64,000 bases of DNA from assembly GCA_044223005.1 (NCBI GenBank), contig JBGAML010000016.1:1-64000 (forward strand). Direction: 5' to 3'. The notes beneath the pieces are model-generated. The model made no database searches. It was not told where the DNA came from and saw only the letters and a program-made list of their open reading frames with translations. The stretch comes from Candidatus Eiseniibacteriota bacterium (lineage in GTDB: Bacteria; Eisenbacteria; RBG-16-71-46). Positions 1 to 9,987 of the stretch are shown piece after piece. The position numbers were made by a program, and so were the translations under genes. Position 1 is the first letter of the stretch, and each line of letters starts with the position of its first letter.

Positions 1-141
1 GCGAGATCGAGACGCGCGAGATCCCGAACGGGGACCGGGCGCTGCGGAAGTACGCGATGTAGCGGTGGGCCCGAAAACGGTTCGGGGCCCGCACCACGAG
101 GGTGCCGGCCCCGATCACCTGCAATCATCCGAGCACAACCC

Positions 142-1038
142 TTAGCGCGCCGAGGCGGTCAGGTCGCGGGTCTGGTTCGCCACCGCGGTGATGCGGTCGG
201 CGATCTCGCCCGTGGCCTTCACCTGCTCGTCGAGCGAGACCAGGATGTTCGACGCGTTGGTGTCGACGTCCTTCACCGACGTCCCGATCGCGCCGATGGC
301 GGCGGTCACGTCGTTGGTCGCCTTGAGCATCTCCTCGACCGTCTTGGAGATGTCCTCGGTGGCCTTCGCGGTGTCCTGCGAGAGCACCTTGACCTCGTTG
401 GCGACCACCGCAAAGCCGGCCCCGTGCACGCCCGCGCGCGCGGCCTCGATGGTCGCGTTCAGGGCGAGCAGGTTCGTGTGCCGCGCGATCCGGGCGATCA
501 GGCTCACGACGGACTCGATGCGCCGCGCGGCTTCGCCGAGCTGCTGGATCGCCGCCACGGAGTTGTTCGATTCGTCGACCGCCTGGTGCGTCATCCCGAC
601 CGCATGACCGAGCTGGGTCTTGATCTCGGCCGTCGTCGCGTTCAGCTCCTCGCACGCGGCCGCGACCGCCGACGTCGCCTCGGCGACGTCCGCCGCCACC
701 TGCGCGCGTTGCGCCTCGAAATGCTGGAGGTTCGAGGCATCGGTCTTCATCTTGTTCGCGGCGCCGTTGATCGTGCCGGCCGCGTCGCGATAGGAACCCG
801 GCATGCCGCGCTCGAGGATCGGGCGGTAGAAGAGGTTCCGGCTGCAGTGATCCATCGCCGCCGCGGATTCGCGCACGTACGCGTCGGCCACGTCGAGCAG
901 GCGATTGATCGCGTTGCCGATCCGGTTGAGGTCGCGGTCCGCCGGGATCCCGACGATGCGCGCCTCGAGGTCTCCGCTCGCGGCCTTCTCGCAGACGTCG
1001 GCGACTCGCTCGAGGAATGCGTCGTTCTTGCTGGCCAT
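142..1038 (-). CDS. Soluble methyl-accepting chemotaxis protein (MCP signalling domain, no TM helices)
   Basis: Hairpin-tip motif [37 protein letters not shown] at 1038 overlaps the upstream stop (TGATG). Confidence 0.9.
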   Translation of the reverse strand: MASKNDAFLERVADVCEKAASGDLEARIVGIPADRDLNRIGNAINRLLDVADAYVRESAAAMDHCSRNLFYRPILERGMPGSYRDAAGTINGAANKMKTDASNLQHFEAQRAQVAADVAEATSAVAAACEELNATTAEIKTQLGHAVGMTHQAVDESNNSVAAIQQLGEAARRIESVVSLIARIARHTNLLALNATIEAARAGVHGAGFAVVANEVKVLSQDTAKATEDISKTVEEMLKATNDVTAAIGAIGTSVKDVDTNASNILVSLDEQVKATGEIADRITAVANQTRDLTASAR

Positions 1039-1595
1039 CACGCGGCCCTCCGCCCGAGACGGGTGTGATCGGAAAGTCCGAAGACGAACTCGTCGTACGT
1101 CTGCCCGGAATCCTCCAGGACCTGTTCCAGCATGCGCGTGGACGCTTCCATCGCGTCCCGCCAGTTCGCGTGCCGGCGCTCCTCGGCCACCAGCTGCGCG
1201 TAGAGCGCCTTCACCTTGGGAAGCGCGTCCGGATACGGCGTGCGGCGGTTGGAGTGATAGCCGACGCAGCGGCCATTCTTGTCGAAGCTGGGCGTCACGT
1301 GCGCGAAGACCCAGTAGCCGTCACCGTTCTTCGCCTGGTTCAGCACGTACGCGAAGATCTCGTGGCCTTCCTGGATGCGCGACCAGAGCAGCTTGAACAC
1401 CGCGCCCGGCATGTCCGGGTGACGGATCATGTTGTGCGGTTGCCCGATCAGCTCCTCCTCGGTGTAGCCGGAGATGCGCCGGAACACGTCGTTCGCGTAG
1501 GTCAGGTGGCCCTTGAGATCGGTCTTGCTGACGATGAGCTCCTCGTCACCGAAATGGGTCTCGCGTCCGCTGGGGGGCGTGGCTTGCCTGCGCAT
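1038..1595 (-). CDS. Stand-alone Aer-type PAS domain protein (probable FAD redox sensor)
   Basis: [41 protein letters not shown] 1595 preceded by GGAGGA. Confidence 0.88.
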   Translation of the reverse strand: MRRQATPPSGRETHFGDEELIVSKTDLKGHLTYANDVFRRISGYTEEELIGQPHNMIRHPDMPGAVFKLLWSRIQEGHEIFAYVLNQAKNGDGYWVFAHVTPSFDKNGRCVGYHSNRRTPYPDALPKVKALYAQLVAEERRHANWRDAMEASTRMLEQVLEDSGQTYDEFVFGLSDHTRLGRRAA

Positions 1596-1695
1596 GTCTC
1601 CTCCGTGGAATGCGTCGCGCCGGGGGCGCGTGACGTCCCGAACTCGGGCTCGCGGGGACGGCGAATCGCCACCGCTCGCGCGGGCGTCCTCTCCA

Positions 1696-1722
1696 GCATC
1701 GGCGGCGAGTGCCGCGGCTGAA
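1696..1722 (-). promoter_or_regulatory. sigma28 (FliA/WhiG)-like promoter
   Basis: TTCAG-N14-GCCGATGC about 100 nt upstream of the PAS/MCP operon. Confidence 0.55.
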
Positions 1723-1820
1723 GTCGGGTTTCGACAGCACCGGTCCGCGCGCACAAATGCCGGAGAGTTCGAACGGGCAGCGCCCGCGGAGCGTGCGAAG
1801 TGAGGATCGCCTCGCGAGAC

Positions 1821-1858
1821 GCGAAAAGGCCTCCCGGGCGGACCCGGGAGGCCTTCGC
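1821..1858 (-). terminator. Intrinsic terminator-like hairpin after the M32 gene
   Basis: aaggcctcccggg-cgga-cccgggaggcctt perfect stem. Confidence 0.6.
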
Positions 1859-1872
1859 GTTGCGCGGTGACG

Positions 1873-3408
1873 TCAGGCGACGCCGGCGGGGTGCCGTTCG
1901 CGTTCTTCGAGCGAATAGAGCGGCTGGTACTTGCCCCACAGGTAGTCCAGGTAGGGCTCGATCGACATGCCGCCACCGGTCGTGCGCTGCAGCAGCTCGG
2001 ACGTCGTGAGCTTGGCGCCGTGCTGGTAGATGTTCCGCTGCAGCCACGTGCGCAGCGTCGAGAACTCGCCGCGCGCGATCTCGGCGGGAATCGACGGATG
2101 CGCCTTCACGGCCGTAGCGAAGAACTGCGCGCTCATGATGTTGCCGAGCGTGTAGCCCTGGAAGACGCCGCCGATCGGACCCGAGTACCAGTGCACGTCC
2201 TGCAGCACGCCGCGGCGGTCGTCCGGCACGGGGATGCCGAAGTCCGCCTCGAAGCGCTCGCGCCAGGTGCGCGCGAGATCCTTCACCGCGAGCCGGCCCT
2301 CGAGCAGGTCGAGCTCGAGATCGAACCGCAGCATGACGTGCAGGTTGTACGTCACCTCGTCCGCGTCGACGCGGATCAGCGAGCGCTCCACCTTGTTGAT
2401 CGCGCGATAGAAGGCGTCGGGCGAGACGCCGCCGAGCTGCGTCGGGAACGCCTTCTGGAGCCGCGGATAGAAGTGCTCCCAGAACCCGCGGCTGCGGCCG
2501 ACGAGGTTCTCCCACAGGCGCGACTGGCTCTCGTGGATGCCCGACGACGTGCCCGTGGCGAGCGGCGTGCCGTCGAGCTCCATGCGGATACCCTGCTCGT
2601 AGAGCGCGTGCCCGCACTCGTGCAGCGTCGAGAACAGCGCGTCGGTGAGGTCGTCCTCGCGCACGCGCGTCGTGATCCGGATGTCGCCGAGCGCGAACTT
2701 GGTCATGAACGGATGGTGCGTCTTGTCCTGGCGGCCGCGCTCGAAATCGAATCCGTACGCCTTCACGACGTCGAGCCCGAACGCCAGCTGGTCCGCCTCG
2801 GGCGCGAACTGCTTGAGGCACGAATCGTCGGCCGCGGCGCGCGACGTGATCGCACGCACGATCGGCACGAGGCGCTGGCGCAGCGCGCCGAACACCTCGC
2901 GCACGGACGCCGCGGTCATGCCGTGGTCGTACACGTCGATGAGCGGGTCCATGATGCTGGCATAGCCGGGGAAGCACTCCGCCTGGCGCCGGCTGAGCTC
3001 GAGCGTCTTCTCGAGCAGCGGCCGCACCGCGGCGAAGTCGTTCGCCGGGCGCGCGACCGTCCAGGCCTGGTAGATCAGCGCCGCGTGTTCGTTGAACTCG
3101 GCGACCAGCGACACCGGGACGCGCACCGCCTGTTCGTAGAGCCGGTGCGTGACGCGCACGAGCGCCGCGTCGTCCGAGTCGGCGGGCAGCGTGGCGACTT
3201 CGCGCTCGGCCTGGTCGAGCAGCTTGCCGACCGCGGCGTCCGTGAACTTCTCGTGGGCGAGCCGGCTCAGCGTTGCGGTCTGGCGGCCGCGGGCCGCCGC
3301 GCCGCCGGGCGGCATGTAGGTCGTCTGGTCCCAGCGCAGCAGGGACGCGGCGCCGTTCAGGTCGTCGATTTCGAGCAGCCGTGCCTTCAGTTCGTCAGTG
3401 GACTTCAT
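1873..3408 (-). CDS. Carboxypeptidase, family M32 (Taq-type)
   Basis: HPF, DIRITTR, HECGH, HESQS, IRVDADE and QDVHW motifs; start MKSTDELK at 3408 with GGAGG RBS. Confidence 0.95.
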   Translation of the reverse strand: MKSTDELKARLLEIDDLNGAASLLRWDQTTYMPPGGAAARGRQTATLSRLAHEKFTDAAVGKLLDQAEREVATLPADSDDAALVRVTHRLYEQAVRVPVSLVAEFNEHAALIYQAWTVARPANDFAAVRPLLEKTLELSRRQAECFPGYASIMDPLIDVYDHGMTAASVREVFGALRQRLVPIVRAITSRAAADDSCLKQFAPEADQLAFGLDVVKAYGFDFERGRQDKTHHPFMTKFALGDIRITTRVREDDLTDALFSTLHECGHALYEQGIRMELDGTPLATGTSSGIHESQSRLWENLVGRSRGFWEHFYPRLQKAFPTQLGGVSPDAFYRAINKVERSLIRVDADEVTYNLHVMLRFDLELDLLEGRLAVKDLARTWRERFEADFGIPVPDDRRGVLQDVHWYSGPIGGVFQGYTLGNIMSAQFFATAVKAHPSIPAEIARGEFSTLRTWLQRNIYQHGAKLTTSELLQRTTGGGMSIEPYLDYLWGKYQPLYSLEERERHPAGVA

Positions 3409-3514
3409 CCCATCCTCCGAGGCGTGGAAAGCAGGGGACCGCCGGGGAGGATACCCGAAAGCACGGCCGCCCGGCGCGGTCGGCGCCGGGCGGCCGTGTG
3501 GAATTCGGATCCCT

Positions 3515-4129
3515 CTACGGGGTCGGTGTTGCAACCGTCCCGGTGACGGGGACCGCGATGGGCTGGATGGCGACGCGATCGCGTGGCAGCGAACCGTCCG
3601 TGACGTCCACCGGACGCGCCGGGGAATCCCACGGCTGCGGCCGCTGCGAGCCGACGACCGCCGCCCCGATCGTGAGCGTGGTCTTCGAGTCGGCACTCGC
3701 CGAGATGCTGGCGAGCGTCTGGGCGTCTCCCTCGGCGACGTTCGCCACCGAGACGTCACGTCCCTTCGCGAGCGCACGCAGGTCGTGCATGAACGTCTTC
3801 ACGACGCGCGCGATCTCCGCCCGCTCCTGCTCGTTCAGGTCGCCCTGGACCTGGAACGAGAACTCGCTGCTCGTCGACGCGTTCCACACGTCGGCGCGCT
3901 TCCCGCCGCCGCGAACGCCGGCGTAGGTGAGCGAGGTCTCGAGGCTGGCGTTGATCGTCACCGTGTCGCCTTCCTTCGTGGTGATGTTCAGGCTGGCGGT
4001 GACGTCGCGTTCGGCACTTGCGGCCGTGGCCGTGGCCCCGGCGGTCGGCTGCTGGCGGCGCGCGGCGAGTGCGTGCCAGTCGGCGTGAGGCCACGCATGG
4101 CCGCCCGCGTTCCGGATGTGATTCATCAT
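3515..4129 (-). CDS. Hypothetical protein with SLNITTKEGDTVTI / VQGDL..E motif
   Basis: ORF with AGGAAGGAG RBS before ATG 4129; motif recalled from uncharacterised bacterial proteins. Confidence 0.65.
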   Translation of the reverse strand: MMNHIRNAGGHAWPHADWHALAARRQQPTAGATATAASAERDVTASLNITTKEGDTVTINASLETSLTYAGVRGGGKRADVWNASTSSEFSFQVQGDLNEQERAEIARVVKTFMHDLRALAKGRDVSVANVAEGDAQTLASISASADSKTTLTIGAAVVGSQRPQPWDSPARPVDVTDGSLPRDRVAIQPIAVPVTGTVATPTP

Positions 4130-4169
4130 GACCGGGTCTCCTTCCTGGACGGGGCAAGGGTGGCCGGCA

Positions 4170-4196
4170 GTCTCGGCCGGTGTCGGTGCCACTTGA
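4170..4196 (-). promoter_or_regulatory. sigma28-like promoter
   Basis: TCAAG-N14-GCCGAGAC 40 nt upstream of ATG 4129. Confidence 0.5.
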
Positions 4197-4231
4197 GGCC
4201 CGGTTCGCGCGCCACCTCCGGCCGGAAACGA

Positions 4232-4263
4232 ACGCGCCGCGGCCCGGTGGGGCCGCGGCGCGT
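4232..4263 (-). terminator. Hairpin after the cyclophilin gene
   Basis: acgcgccgcggccc-ggtg-gggccgcggcgcgt 14-bp stem. Confidence 0.55.
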
Positions 4264-4279
4264 GGAAGTGGCGGGAGCT

Positions 4280-4852
4280 TCAGCCGTTCTCGACCGTCAC
4301 CTGCTCCATGAAGAGCTTCTCCGACGTGGCGCCGGACTGCGAGCCGCACTTCTCGAGCGCGGCCAGCACCTCCATGCCACTCGTCACTTCGCCGAAGATC
4401 GTGTGGTTGCCGTCGAGCCACGGCGTCGGGACGAACGTGAGGAAGAACTGGCTGCCGTCCGTGCCGGGACCCGCGTTCGCCATCGACAGCAGGCCCGGAC
4501 GGTCGTGCTTCACGCCGGGCGCGAACTCGCCCGCGAACTGGTAACCGGGACCGCCGGTGCCCCGCCCGAGCGGGCAGCCGCCCTGCGCCATGAAGCCGGT
4601 GATGACGCGGTGGAACGAGAGTCCGTCGTAGAAGCCCATGCGCGCGAGGTAGGCGAAGCTCGTCACGTGCATCGGCGCGGTGTCGGGCATCAGGCGGATC
4701 ACGATCTCGCCCTTGTTGGTCTTCATGCGCACGCGCCAGTTCTCGCCCTTCTCGAACGCGATCGCGGTGGGCTTGGGCAGCTGGGTCTTCCAGCGGCCCG
4801 CGTCGTCCTTGGTCACGGCGGCCTTGGCCACCAGCTCGTCGATGCGCTTCAT
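4280..4852 (-). CDS. Cyclophilin-type peptidyl-prolyl isomerase
   Basis: FYDGLSFHRVITGFMAQGG, LSMANAGPGTDGSQFF, WLDGNHTIFG. Confidence 0.95.
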   Translation of the reverse strand: MKRIDELVAKAAVTKDDAGRWKTQLPKPTAIAFEKGENWRVRMKTNKGEIVIRLMPDTAPMHVTSFAYLARMGFYDGLSFHRVITGFMAQGGCPLGRGTGGPGYQFAGEFAPGVKHDRPGLLSMANAGPGTDGSQFFLTFVPTPWLDGNHTIFGEVTSGMEVLAALEKCGSQSGATSEKLFMEQVTVENG

Positions 4853-4880
4853 GGGATCTCCCTGAGGGTTGGGCGGACGT

Positions 4881-5894
4881 TCAGCGCATGCCCGCGAGGT
4901 GGATGACGTACCAGGAGGCGGCGGCGACGAGCCCCGCGGCGGGCATCGTGAGCAGCCACGCCCAGACGATGCGGCCCGCGACGCCCCACTTGACCGCCGA
5001 CAGCCGCCGCGTCGCGCTCACGCCCGAGCCGATGATGGCGCCCGTGATGGTGTGCGTGGTCGAGACCGGGATGCCCAGCGCGCTCGCCCCGAACAGCGCG
5101 GCCGCGCCGGCGGTCTCGGCGCAGAAGCCGCCGACGGGCTGCAGCTTGGTGATGTTCATGCCCATCGTCTTCACGATGCGCCAGCCGCCCGAGAGCGTGC
5201 CGAGGCCGATCGCGCCGTAGCTGCAGAGGATCACCCAGAACGGGACGTGGAACTCGCCCGTCAGCGTGCCGGTCGAATAGAGGAGCGCGGTGATGATGCC
5301 CGCCGTCTTCTGCGCGTCGTTGGAGCCGTGGCCCAAGCTGAAGGCGGCCGCCGAGAGCAGCTGGAGCTTGCGGAACAGCCCATCGACGCGGTGCGGGGTG
5401 GAACGCCGGAAGATCCAGAGCACGACGAGCATGAACAGGAACCCGAGCACGAGCCCGACGACGGGGCTGACGACGATGAACGCCGCCGTTTTGAGGACGC
5501 CCGAGAGGACGACCGCCTTCGGTCCCGCCGCCACGATCGCCGCGCCGACGAACCCGCCCATCAGCGCGTGCGACGACGACGTCGGCAGTCCCAGCCACCA
5601 CGTGAGGATGTTCCAGAGCAGCGCTCCCGAGAGCGCCGCGAGCACGATCGCGGGTGTCACCAGGGCGGGATCCACCGTGCCCTTGGCGATCGTCTTCGCG
5701 ACGTGGACGCCGAACACGCCGAAGGCGACGAAGTTGAAGAACGCGGCCCACAGCACGGCGAGGCGCGGCGAGAGGACGCGCGTGCTCACGACGGTGGCGA
5801 TCGAGTTCGCGGCGTCGTGGAAGCCGTTGCTGTAGTCGAAGATCAGCGCGATCACGACGATCGCGAGGATCGGCAGCGGGAGCGCGGGGATCAT
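4881..5894 (-). CDS. pit: Inorganic phosphate transporter, PiT family
   Basis: NGFHDAANSIAT, GLPTSSSHAL, HGSNDAQK, PVSTTH; start MIPALP at 5894. Confidence 0.93.
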   Translation of the reverse strand: MIPALPLPILAIVVIALIFDYSNGFHDAANSIATVVSTRVLSPRLAVLWAAFFNFVAFGVFGVHVAKTIAKGTVDPALVTPAIVLAALSGALLWNILTWWLGLPTSSSHALMGGFVGAAIVAAGPKAVVLSGVLKTAAFIVVSPVVGLVLGFLFMLVVLWIFRRSTPHRVDGLFRKLQLLSAAAFSLGHGSNDAQKTAGIITALLYSTGTLTGEFHVPFWVILCSYGAIGLGTLSGGWRIVKTMGMNITKLQPVGGFCAETAGAAALFGASALGIPVSTTHTITGAIIGSGVSATRRLSAVKWGVAGRIVWAWLLTMPAAGLVAAASWYVIHLAGMR

Positions 5895-5899
5895 GGCCG

Positions 5900-6514
5900 T
5901 CAGCGGCTCTTGATCACGATCGTTTCGATGACGTTCGCCACGTCCTCGCACTGGTCGGCGGCGCCTTCGAGGCGGCCGTAGATCTCCTTCCAGCGCATCA
6001 CGTCGAGCATCTCGTGACGGCCGGAGAAGAGGTCGGCGACGACCTGGCGGGAGATGCCGTCGGCTTCGTTCTCGAGCCGGTTGATCTCGATCGTGAAGGC
6101 CATCAGGTGCTGCATGTTCTTGAGGTTGCCCACCGCCTGCTCGATCTGCTGACCGCACTTGGCGAGGATCGCCGTGAGGCGCTTCGCCTCGGGCGTCGCG
6201 TGCGGCAGCCCGAACAGGACGATGCGGCTCGCGATCGCCTCCGCCGCATCGATCACGTCGTCGAGCCCGCTCGCGAGATCGTGGATGTCCTCGCGCTCGA
6301 GCGGGGTGATGAAGGTGCGGTTGAGGCGTTCGAACAGTTCGTGCGCGACCAGGTCCGCGCGATGCTCGATGTCCTTGATCTCTCGCGCGCGCGTCTCGAG
6401 CCGGTCGAAGCTCTCCATCATCTCGTGCAGTCCGTCGCAGGCCTCCCGCACGAGCGCGGCCTGACGTCCGAAGAGCGTGAAGAAATCTTCTTCCTTGGGA
6501 AACAACGAGAACAT
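5900..6514 (-). CDS. DUF47 / PhoU-like phosphate transport regulator
   Basis: EHRAD..LNRTFITPLEREDI..LENEAD; adjacent to pit. Confidence 0.9.
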   Translation of the reverse strand: MFSLFPKEEDFFTLFGRQAALVREACDGLHEMMESFDRLETRAREIKDIEHRADLVAHELFERLNRTFITPLEREDIHDLASGLDDVIDAAEAIASRIVLFGLPHATPEAKRLTAILAKCGQQIEQAVGNLKNMQHLMAFTIEINRLENEADGISRQVVADLFSGRHEMLDVMRWKEIYGRLEGAADQCEDVANVIETIVIKSR

Positions 6515-6714
6515 GGAGGCCTCGCGCGGGCTGGCGTCGATGGTTCGGGATTCCGGGCGGCGGAGGGTTATCACGCGGGTTCGCATCCGGCAATCCGGCG
6601 TTCGCCCGCTGCGGCGCATCCGCCCGCCGCGGCGCAAACGACGCCGTTGCGAGAATTTCTCGCGCGGTCGCCGTCGGGGCTGCCGGACGCGCACTGCCGA
6701 GACGCAGGAATCGC

Positions 6715-6742
6715 TGAAACCGCGTGCGGCATCGGCCGATAC
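6715..6742 (+). promoter_or_regulatory. sigma28-like promoter
   Basis: TGAAA-N15-GCCGATAC about 60 nt upstream of the PilB-like gene. Confidence 0.55.
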
Positions 6743-6803
6743 GTACCGGGTACGCGACGTCGCCGGCAACGCGCTGCGTTCGACATCGCCGACCGAGGGG
6801 CTC

Positions 6804-8951
6804 ATGGATCGAGGGAACTACGTCGCGCATTGGCTGATCGACGTCGCTCGGCGAGCGGGCTTGCCCGACGCCGACACGCTCGAGCTGGCGCGCGCCACGG
6901 ACGCCGCGGAGGCCTGGCAGCAGGTCGCCAGCCATTGCGGCGTCTCGCTCGACCAGCTCACGCTCGACGTCGCCGAGCAGATGCGGCTCCCCGTCGCCCG
7001 CTTCGAGCATCGCGACGATCACGTCTCCCGGCTGCTTCCCGAGAAGATCGCTCGCCGCTTCCGGATCGTGCCGCTCCGCGAGGACGACCGGCACCTCGTC
7101 GTGGCCACCGACGATCCACAGAACCACGAAGTCGAGCGCGCCGTCGAGTTCGCCTCCGGCCGCACGCCCATCTTCGAGATCGCGCATCCGCAGGCGATCC
7201 TGCAGGAGCTGGACCTGCTCTACGCCGGCCGCGCGGCGGCACCCGCGGCCGCACGCCCGAGCCGGGCCGCCGCACCGCCGGTGGACGAGGTGCAGCACCT
7301 CGTCGAGCGCTCCAGCGCCAACGAAGTGCGCGATCTCGGCGACGACGCGCCGGTCGTCAAGCTCACGAACCTCATCCTCCGCAACGCCGCGCACGAGCGC
7401 GCGAGCGACATCCACATCGAGCCCGCCCAGGGCTGGGGCACGGTGCGCTTCCGCGTCGACGGCGTGCTGCACGTGCACATGCGCATGCCGCTGCTCGTCC
7501 TCAACCGCGTCGTCGCGCGCATCAAGATCATGGGCGCGCTCGACATCGCGGATCGCCTGCGGCCGCAGGACGGGCGCGCGAGCTTCGAGGTCGACGGCCG
7601 CTCGATCGATCTGCGCATCTCGACCGTCCCCACGCGGGACGCCGAGAAGTGCGTGATCCGCCTGCTCCGCGGCGCGGCGACCGAAACGCTGAACGACCTG
7701 CACCTGAGCGAGCGCTCGCTCCAGTCGTTGCGAGCGCTCGCGGCGTCCCGCAACGGCATCGTGGTCGTGACCGGCCCCACCGGCTCGGGCAAGACCACCA
7801 CGCTCTATGCCGTGATCCGCGAGCTCAACAACGGTGAGACGAACATCAGCACCGTCGAGGACCCGATCGAGTACGAACTGCCCGGGATCACGCAGATGCA
7901 GGTCGAGCCGAAACGCGACTTCACGTTCGCGACGGCGCTGCGCGCGATCCTGCGGCAGGACCCGGACGTCATCCTGGTCGGCGAGATCCGCGACGCCGAG
8001 ACCGCCGGCATCGCCGTGCAGGCGAGCATGACCGGTCACCTCGTGCTGACCACGCTGCACACGAACGAGGCCGCGGGAGCCGTCGCCCGCCTCGTGGACG
8101 TCGGCGTCGAGCGCCCCGCGCTTTCGGCCACGCTGCGCGGCGTCGTCGCGCAGCGGCTGGTGCGCCGCCTCTGCCCGCACTGCTCGGAGAAGACCTCGTC
8201 GCTCAACGACGACGAGCTGCGACTCTCCAAGCGCTACGGCGTCACGCCGGCGCGGCGGGCGATCGGCTGCCCGCAGTGCGGGAAGACCGGCTATCTCGGC
8301 CGGCTCGCGATCGTCGAGATCCTCGTGATGACGCCGGCGCTGCAGGCGCTCGTGTCCTCCGGTGCCACCGCCCCCGAGCTGCACGCGGCCGCGGTCCAGG
8401 CCGGCATGCGCACGCTCCTCGGTTCGGCACTGCAACGCGTGGTCGACGGCGAAACCACGCTGCAGGAGGTCGAGCGCGTCGTCGGCGAGACGATGGAAGC
8501 CCAGGGCCTCGCGGTCGCGGTCTCCGCCGAGAAGGCCGCGGAAGAAGTCGAGCGCCCGGCGCGCGAGGACGCGCCGCGCATCCTCGTCGTGGACGACGAT
8601 GCCGTGTGCCGGAAGGTCGCCCGCCAGCAGCTGCTGCGCGGCGGCTTCGACGTGACCGAGTGCGATTCCGGTGAGGCGGCGCTCGAGCGGCTGCGCACGG
8701 ACGAACGGATCGGCCTGCTGGTGCTGGACCTCGGCCTGCCCGGCATCCAGGGCGACGAGGTGCTGCGGCAGCTGCGGACGTCCGCGGCGACGGCGTCGCT
8801 GCCGGTGATCGTGCTGACCGGCGCTCCGGATCCCGAACTCGAGGTGAACCTGCTCGAGTCCGGCGCGGACGACTACCTGCTCAAGCCGATCGATCCGCGG
8901 CGCTTCGTCACGCGCGTGCGCGCGACGCTCCGCCGCCGGCACGCCGCGTAG
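6804..8951 (+). CDS. GspE/PilB-family assembly ATPase with C-terminal receiver (REC) domain
   Basis: ASDIHIEP, PQDGR, GPTGSGKTTT, LRQDPDVILVGEIRD, TLHTN, CPHC..CPQC; C-terminus ILVVDDD..LDLGLP..GADDYLLKP. Confidence 0.92.
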   Translation: MDRGNYVAHWLIDVARRAGLPDADTLELARATDAAEAWQQVASHCGVSLDQLTLDVAEQMRLPVARFEHRDDHVSRLLPEKIARRFRIVPLREDDRHLVVATDDPQNHEVERAVEFASGRTPIFEIAHPQAILQELDLLYAGRAAAPAAARPSRAAAPPVDEVQHLVERSSANEVRDLGDDAPVVKLTNLILRNAAHERASDIHIEPAQGWGTVRFRVDGVLHVHMRMPLLVLNRVVARIKIMGALDIADRLRPQDGRASFEVDGRSIDLRISTVPTRDAEKCVIRLLRGAATETLNDLHLSERSLQSLRALAASRNGIVVVTGPTGSGKTTTLYAVIRELNNGETNISTVEDPIEYELPGITQMQVEPKRDFTFATALRAILRQDPDVILVGEIRDAETAGIAVQASMTGHLVLTTLHTNEAAGAVARLVDVGVERPALSATLRGVVAQRLVRRLCPHCSEKTSSLNDDELRLSKRYGVTPARRAIGCPQCGKTGYLGRLAIVEILVMTPALQALVSSGATAPELHAAAVQAGMRTLLGSALQRVVDGETTLQEVERVVGETMEAQGLAVAVSAEKAAEEVERPAREDAPRILVVDDDAVCRKVARQQLLRGGFDVTECDSGEAALERLRTDERIGLLVLDLGLPGIQGDEVLRQLRTSAATASLPVIVLTGAPDPELEVNLLESGADDYLLKPIDPRRFVTRVRATLRRRHAA

Positions 8952-8961
8952 CGGCGCGCGC

Positions 8962-9987
8962 TCAGGAGAGCGGTCCCGGCCGCGTGAGCGCCAGCGACAG
9001 GATGCGCGCCAGCAGCGCGCGGTAACGGATCCCCGCGGCCGCGGCGGCGCTCGCGAACTCCTCCTTCTCGGCGATCTCCGGATTCGGGTTCGCCTCGAGC
9101 AGGTAGAGCTTGCCGTCCGGCGCCAGCCGGTAGTCGACGCGTGCATACCCGTCGAGTTCGAGCATGCGGTAGACGCGCCGCGTGGTCCGCTGGAGCAGGC
9201 GCTCGATCGCCGGGTCGACGCCCTCGGCGCGGGCGATGTCGATACGATGCTTCTTCTGGTACTCGGGGCTGTGCTTCACCCGCGCCGTGGCGATCGGCTC
9301 GCCGCTCTCGACCAGCTTGCCGAAGTCGAGCTCCCACGTGGGCAGCACCCGCACCCGCTCGTTGCCGATCACGCCCACGTAGAGTTCGCGGCCCTCGATG
9401 TACTCCTCGACCAGCGCGTCGGTCTCGATGCTCTCGTGGATGAAACGCACGCGCTCCGCGAGCCGCTCGTCGGAGTCCACGATGCTGGCCTGCGCGATGC
9501 CGAGCGAGGCCTCTTCGCTCGCGCTCTTCACGAACAGCGGGAAGCGCAGCGAGCGCGGGCGGCGCGGCTTGTGGCCGCGCGGCACCACGAAGAACGCCGG
9601 CACCCGTACGCGGTGGTACTGGGCGATCTTCTTGGTGATCGCCTTGCTGCGCGCGAGCACGAGCCCGCGCGGGTTGCACCCCGTGTACGCGAGCTTGAGC
9701 AGTTCGAGGTAGCTCACCACGTGCTGGTCGAAGTTCGACAGCCCGTGGAACTCCTCGAGCAGGTTGAACACCACGTCGGGCTTCCACTCCTCGGCGGCGA
9801 CGCGGATCGGGTTCAGCTCCTCCTGCACGCCGAGCGGCCGCACCTCGTGGCCGAGCCGGCGGAGGTTGGAGACCACGTCGTACTCCGTCTTCCAGACGTT
9901 GATCTCTTCGGGCGTGTGGCCTTTCAGTGAATCCGGAGGCACCAGCGTGGGGTGCATCAGGACGAGGACGCGGAGTGGCTTCTTCAC
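8962..9987 (-). CDS. D-Ala-D-Ala-ligase-like ATP-grasp enzyme
   Basis: DVVFNLLE, YTGC, FPLFVK, EEASLGI, LVEEYIEGRE, YARVDYR, LLEANPNP; GTG overlaps the upstream stop (GTGA). Confidence 0.88.
   Translation of the reverse strand: MKKPLRVLVLMHPTLVPPDSLKGHTPEEINVWKTEYDVVSNLRRLGHEVRPLGVQEELNPIRVAAEEWKPDVVFNLLEEFHGLSNFDQHVVSYLELLKLAYTGCNPRGLVLARSKAITKKIAQYHRVRVPAFFVVPRGHKPRRPRSLRFPLFVKSASEEASLGIAQASIVDSDERLAERVRFIHESIETDALVEEYIEGRELYVGVIGNERVRVLPTWELDFGKLVESGEPIATARVKHSPEYQKKHRIDIARAEGVDPAIERLLQRTTRRVYRMLELDGYARVDYRLAPDGKLYLLEANPNPEIAEKEEFASAAAAAGIRYRALLARILSLALTRPGPLS

Noticed and set aside
1..62. Probable 3' end of a plus-strand gene ending TAG at 62, followed by a hairpin
   Set aside because: Too short to assign a product.
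4176..4192. TGGCAC upstream of the 4129 gene as a sigma54 promoter
   Set aside because: GG-to-GC spacing is 11 nt, not 10; the sigma28-like reading fits better.
4881..9146. 1421-aa ORF suggesting a giant PiT fusion
   Set aside because: Only the last 337 aa are PiT; the rest overlaps DUF47 out of frame and the PilB-like gene antisense.
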